In this document: one piece after another, positions 52,273-52,596 of the stretch
Layout: each line of letters begins with the position of its first letter
Position numbering within the stretch: position 1 is the stretch's first letter
NCBI GenBank assembly: GCA_041688005.1
Contig: JBDNJA010000036.1
Coordinates: 1-52,596, forward strand
Length of the DNA: 52,596 nucleotides
Direction of reading: 5' to 3'
Source: Gammaproteobacteria bacterium
Lineage (GTDB): Bacteria > Pseudomonadota > Gammaproteobacteria > GCA-001735895
Position numbers and translations under genes: made by a program
Notes under the pieces: model-generated
Seen by the model: only the letters and a program-made list of their open reading frames with translations
What the model was told of the DNA's origin: nothing
The model's database searches: none

Positions 52273-52596
52273 ATGGACCGACTCTCCGCTTTGCTCAAGC
52301 TATTCAGCCCTAAGACTAAACAGATCGAATTATTAACCTGCAACCAGTCAGAATTAGTTTTACCGACGGACTCAAGTATTTCTATCGTGCATCAGGGCAA
52401 TGCGCATATTTCCGTCGGTAATCAGGCAGATACCCGTTTACAGCAGGGAGATTTAATTTGGGTGACGCAAGACTCTCATCGCCATATCACCATCGACAGT
52501 GATGACTTTCAATTACTGTGCTGTCAGCTAACGTTCGGCGCGGTGAAACTCAATCCCTTGTTCGATATGTTACCGCCCATCTTACAGATCAAACAC
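52273..52596 (+). CDS. AraC-family regulator with N-terminal cupin (RclR-like), partial
   Basis: Open frame from ATG 52273 to the window edge: MDRLSALLKLF...GDLIWV....H....LLCCQLTFG..LNPLFDMLP. Divergent from the redoxin gene; HTH lies outside the window. Confidence 0.7.
   Translation, partial: MDRLSALLKLFSPKTKQIELLTCNQSELVLPTDSSISIVHQGNAHISVGNQADTRLQQGDLIWVTQDSHRHITIDSDDFQLLCCQLTFGAVKLNPLFDMLPPILQIKH

Overview
Gammaproteobacterial chromosomal window, mostly core metabolism in Pseudomonas-like gene order: rapA, bioD-rarD, tkt-gap-pgk-pyk, metK-[SAH riboswitch]-ahcY-rsmE, gshA-gshB, tonB-yqgE-yqgF-pyrR-pyrB-pyrC', pilT/pilU, yggS-proC-yggT, hrpB, efpL, murJ-ribF-ileS-lspA-fkpB-ispH, bioF-bioB/comF, racemase, fumarase, an ABC-2 exporter, and a redoxin with a divergent AraC regulator. 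Three layers are not shown by the ORF track. (1) The left edge is a dead integron: an intI pseudogene, a candidate attI, and a first cassette starting a HigB toxin with its own promoter/operator. (2) Accessory functions are eroding while housekeeping genes are intact. The pil-chp chemosensory operon appears collapsed into a chimeric PilG/ChpA receiver gene, pilU is frameshifted, a second pilU paralog is a relic, and apbE has a nonsense codon at its lipobox Cys plus frameshifts. (3) Intergenic DNA is colonised by at least three non-autonomous inverted-repeat element families plus GTAG/CGTC REPs. The largest family is a nested composite carrying a ~46-50 bp double-hairpin unit with covarying stems and invariant GGA loops. 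That unit shows clean presence/absence between copies and is inserted into another copy of itself; it is the best candidate for an undescribed mobile/regulatory system (HUH-mobilised PATE-like unit and/or CsrA-binding module). No rRNA, tRNA, CRISPR array or autonomous transposase was seen. All family assignments come from motif recognition by eye, not database searches.
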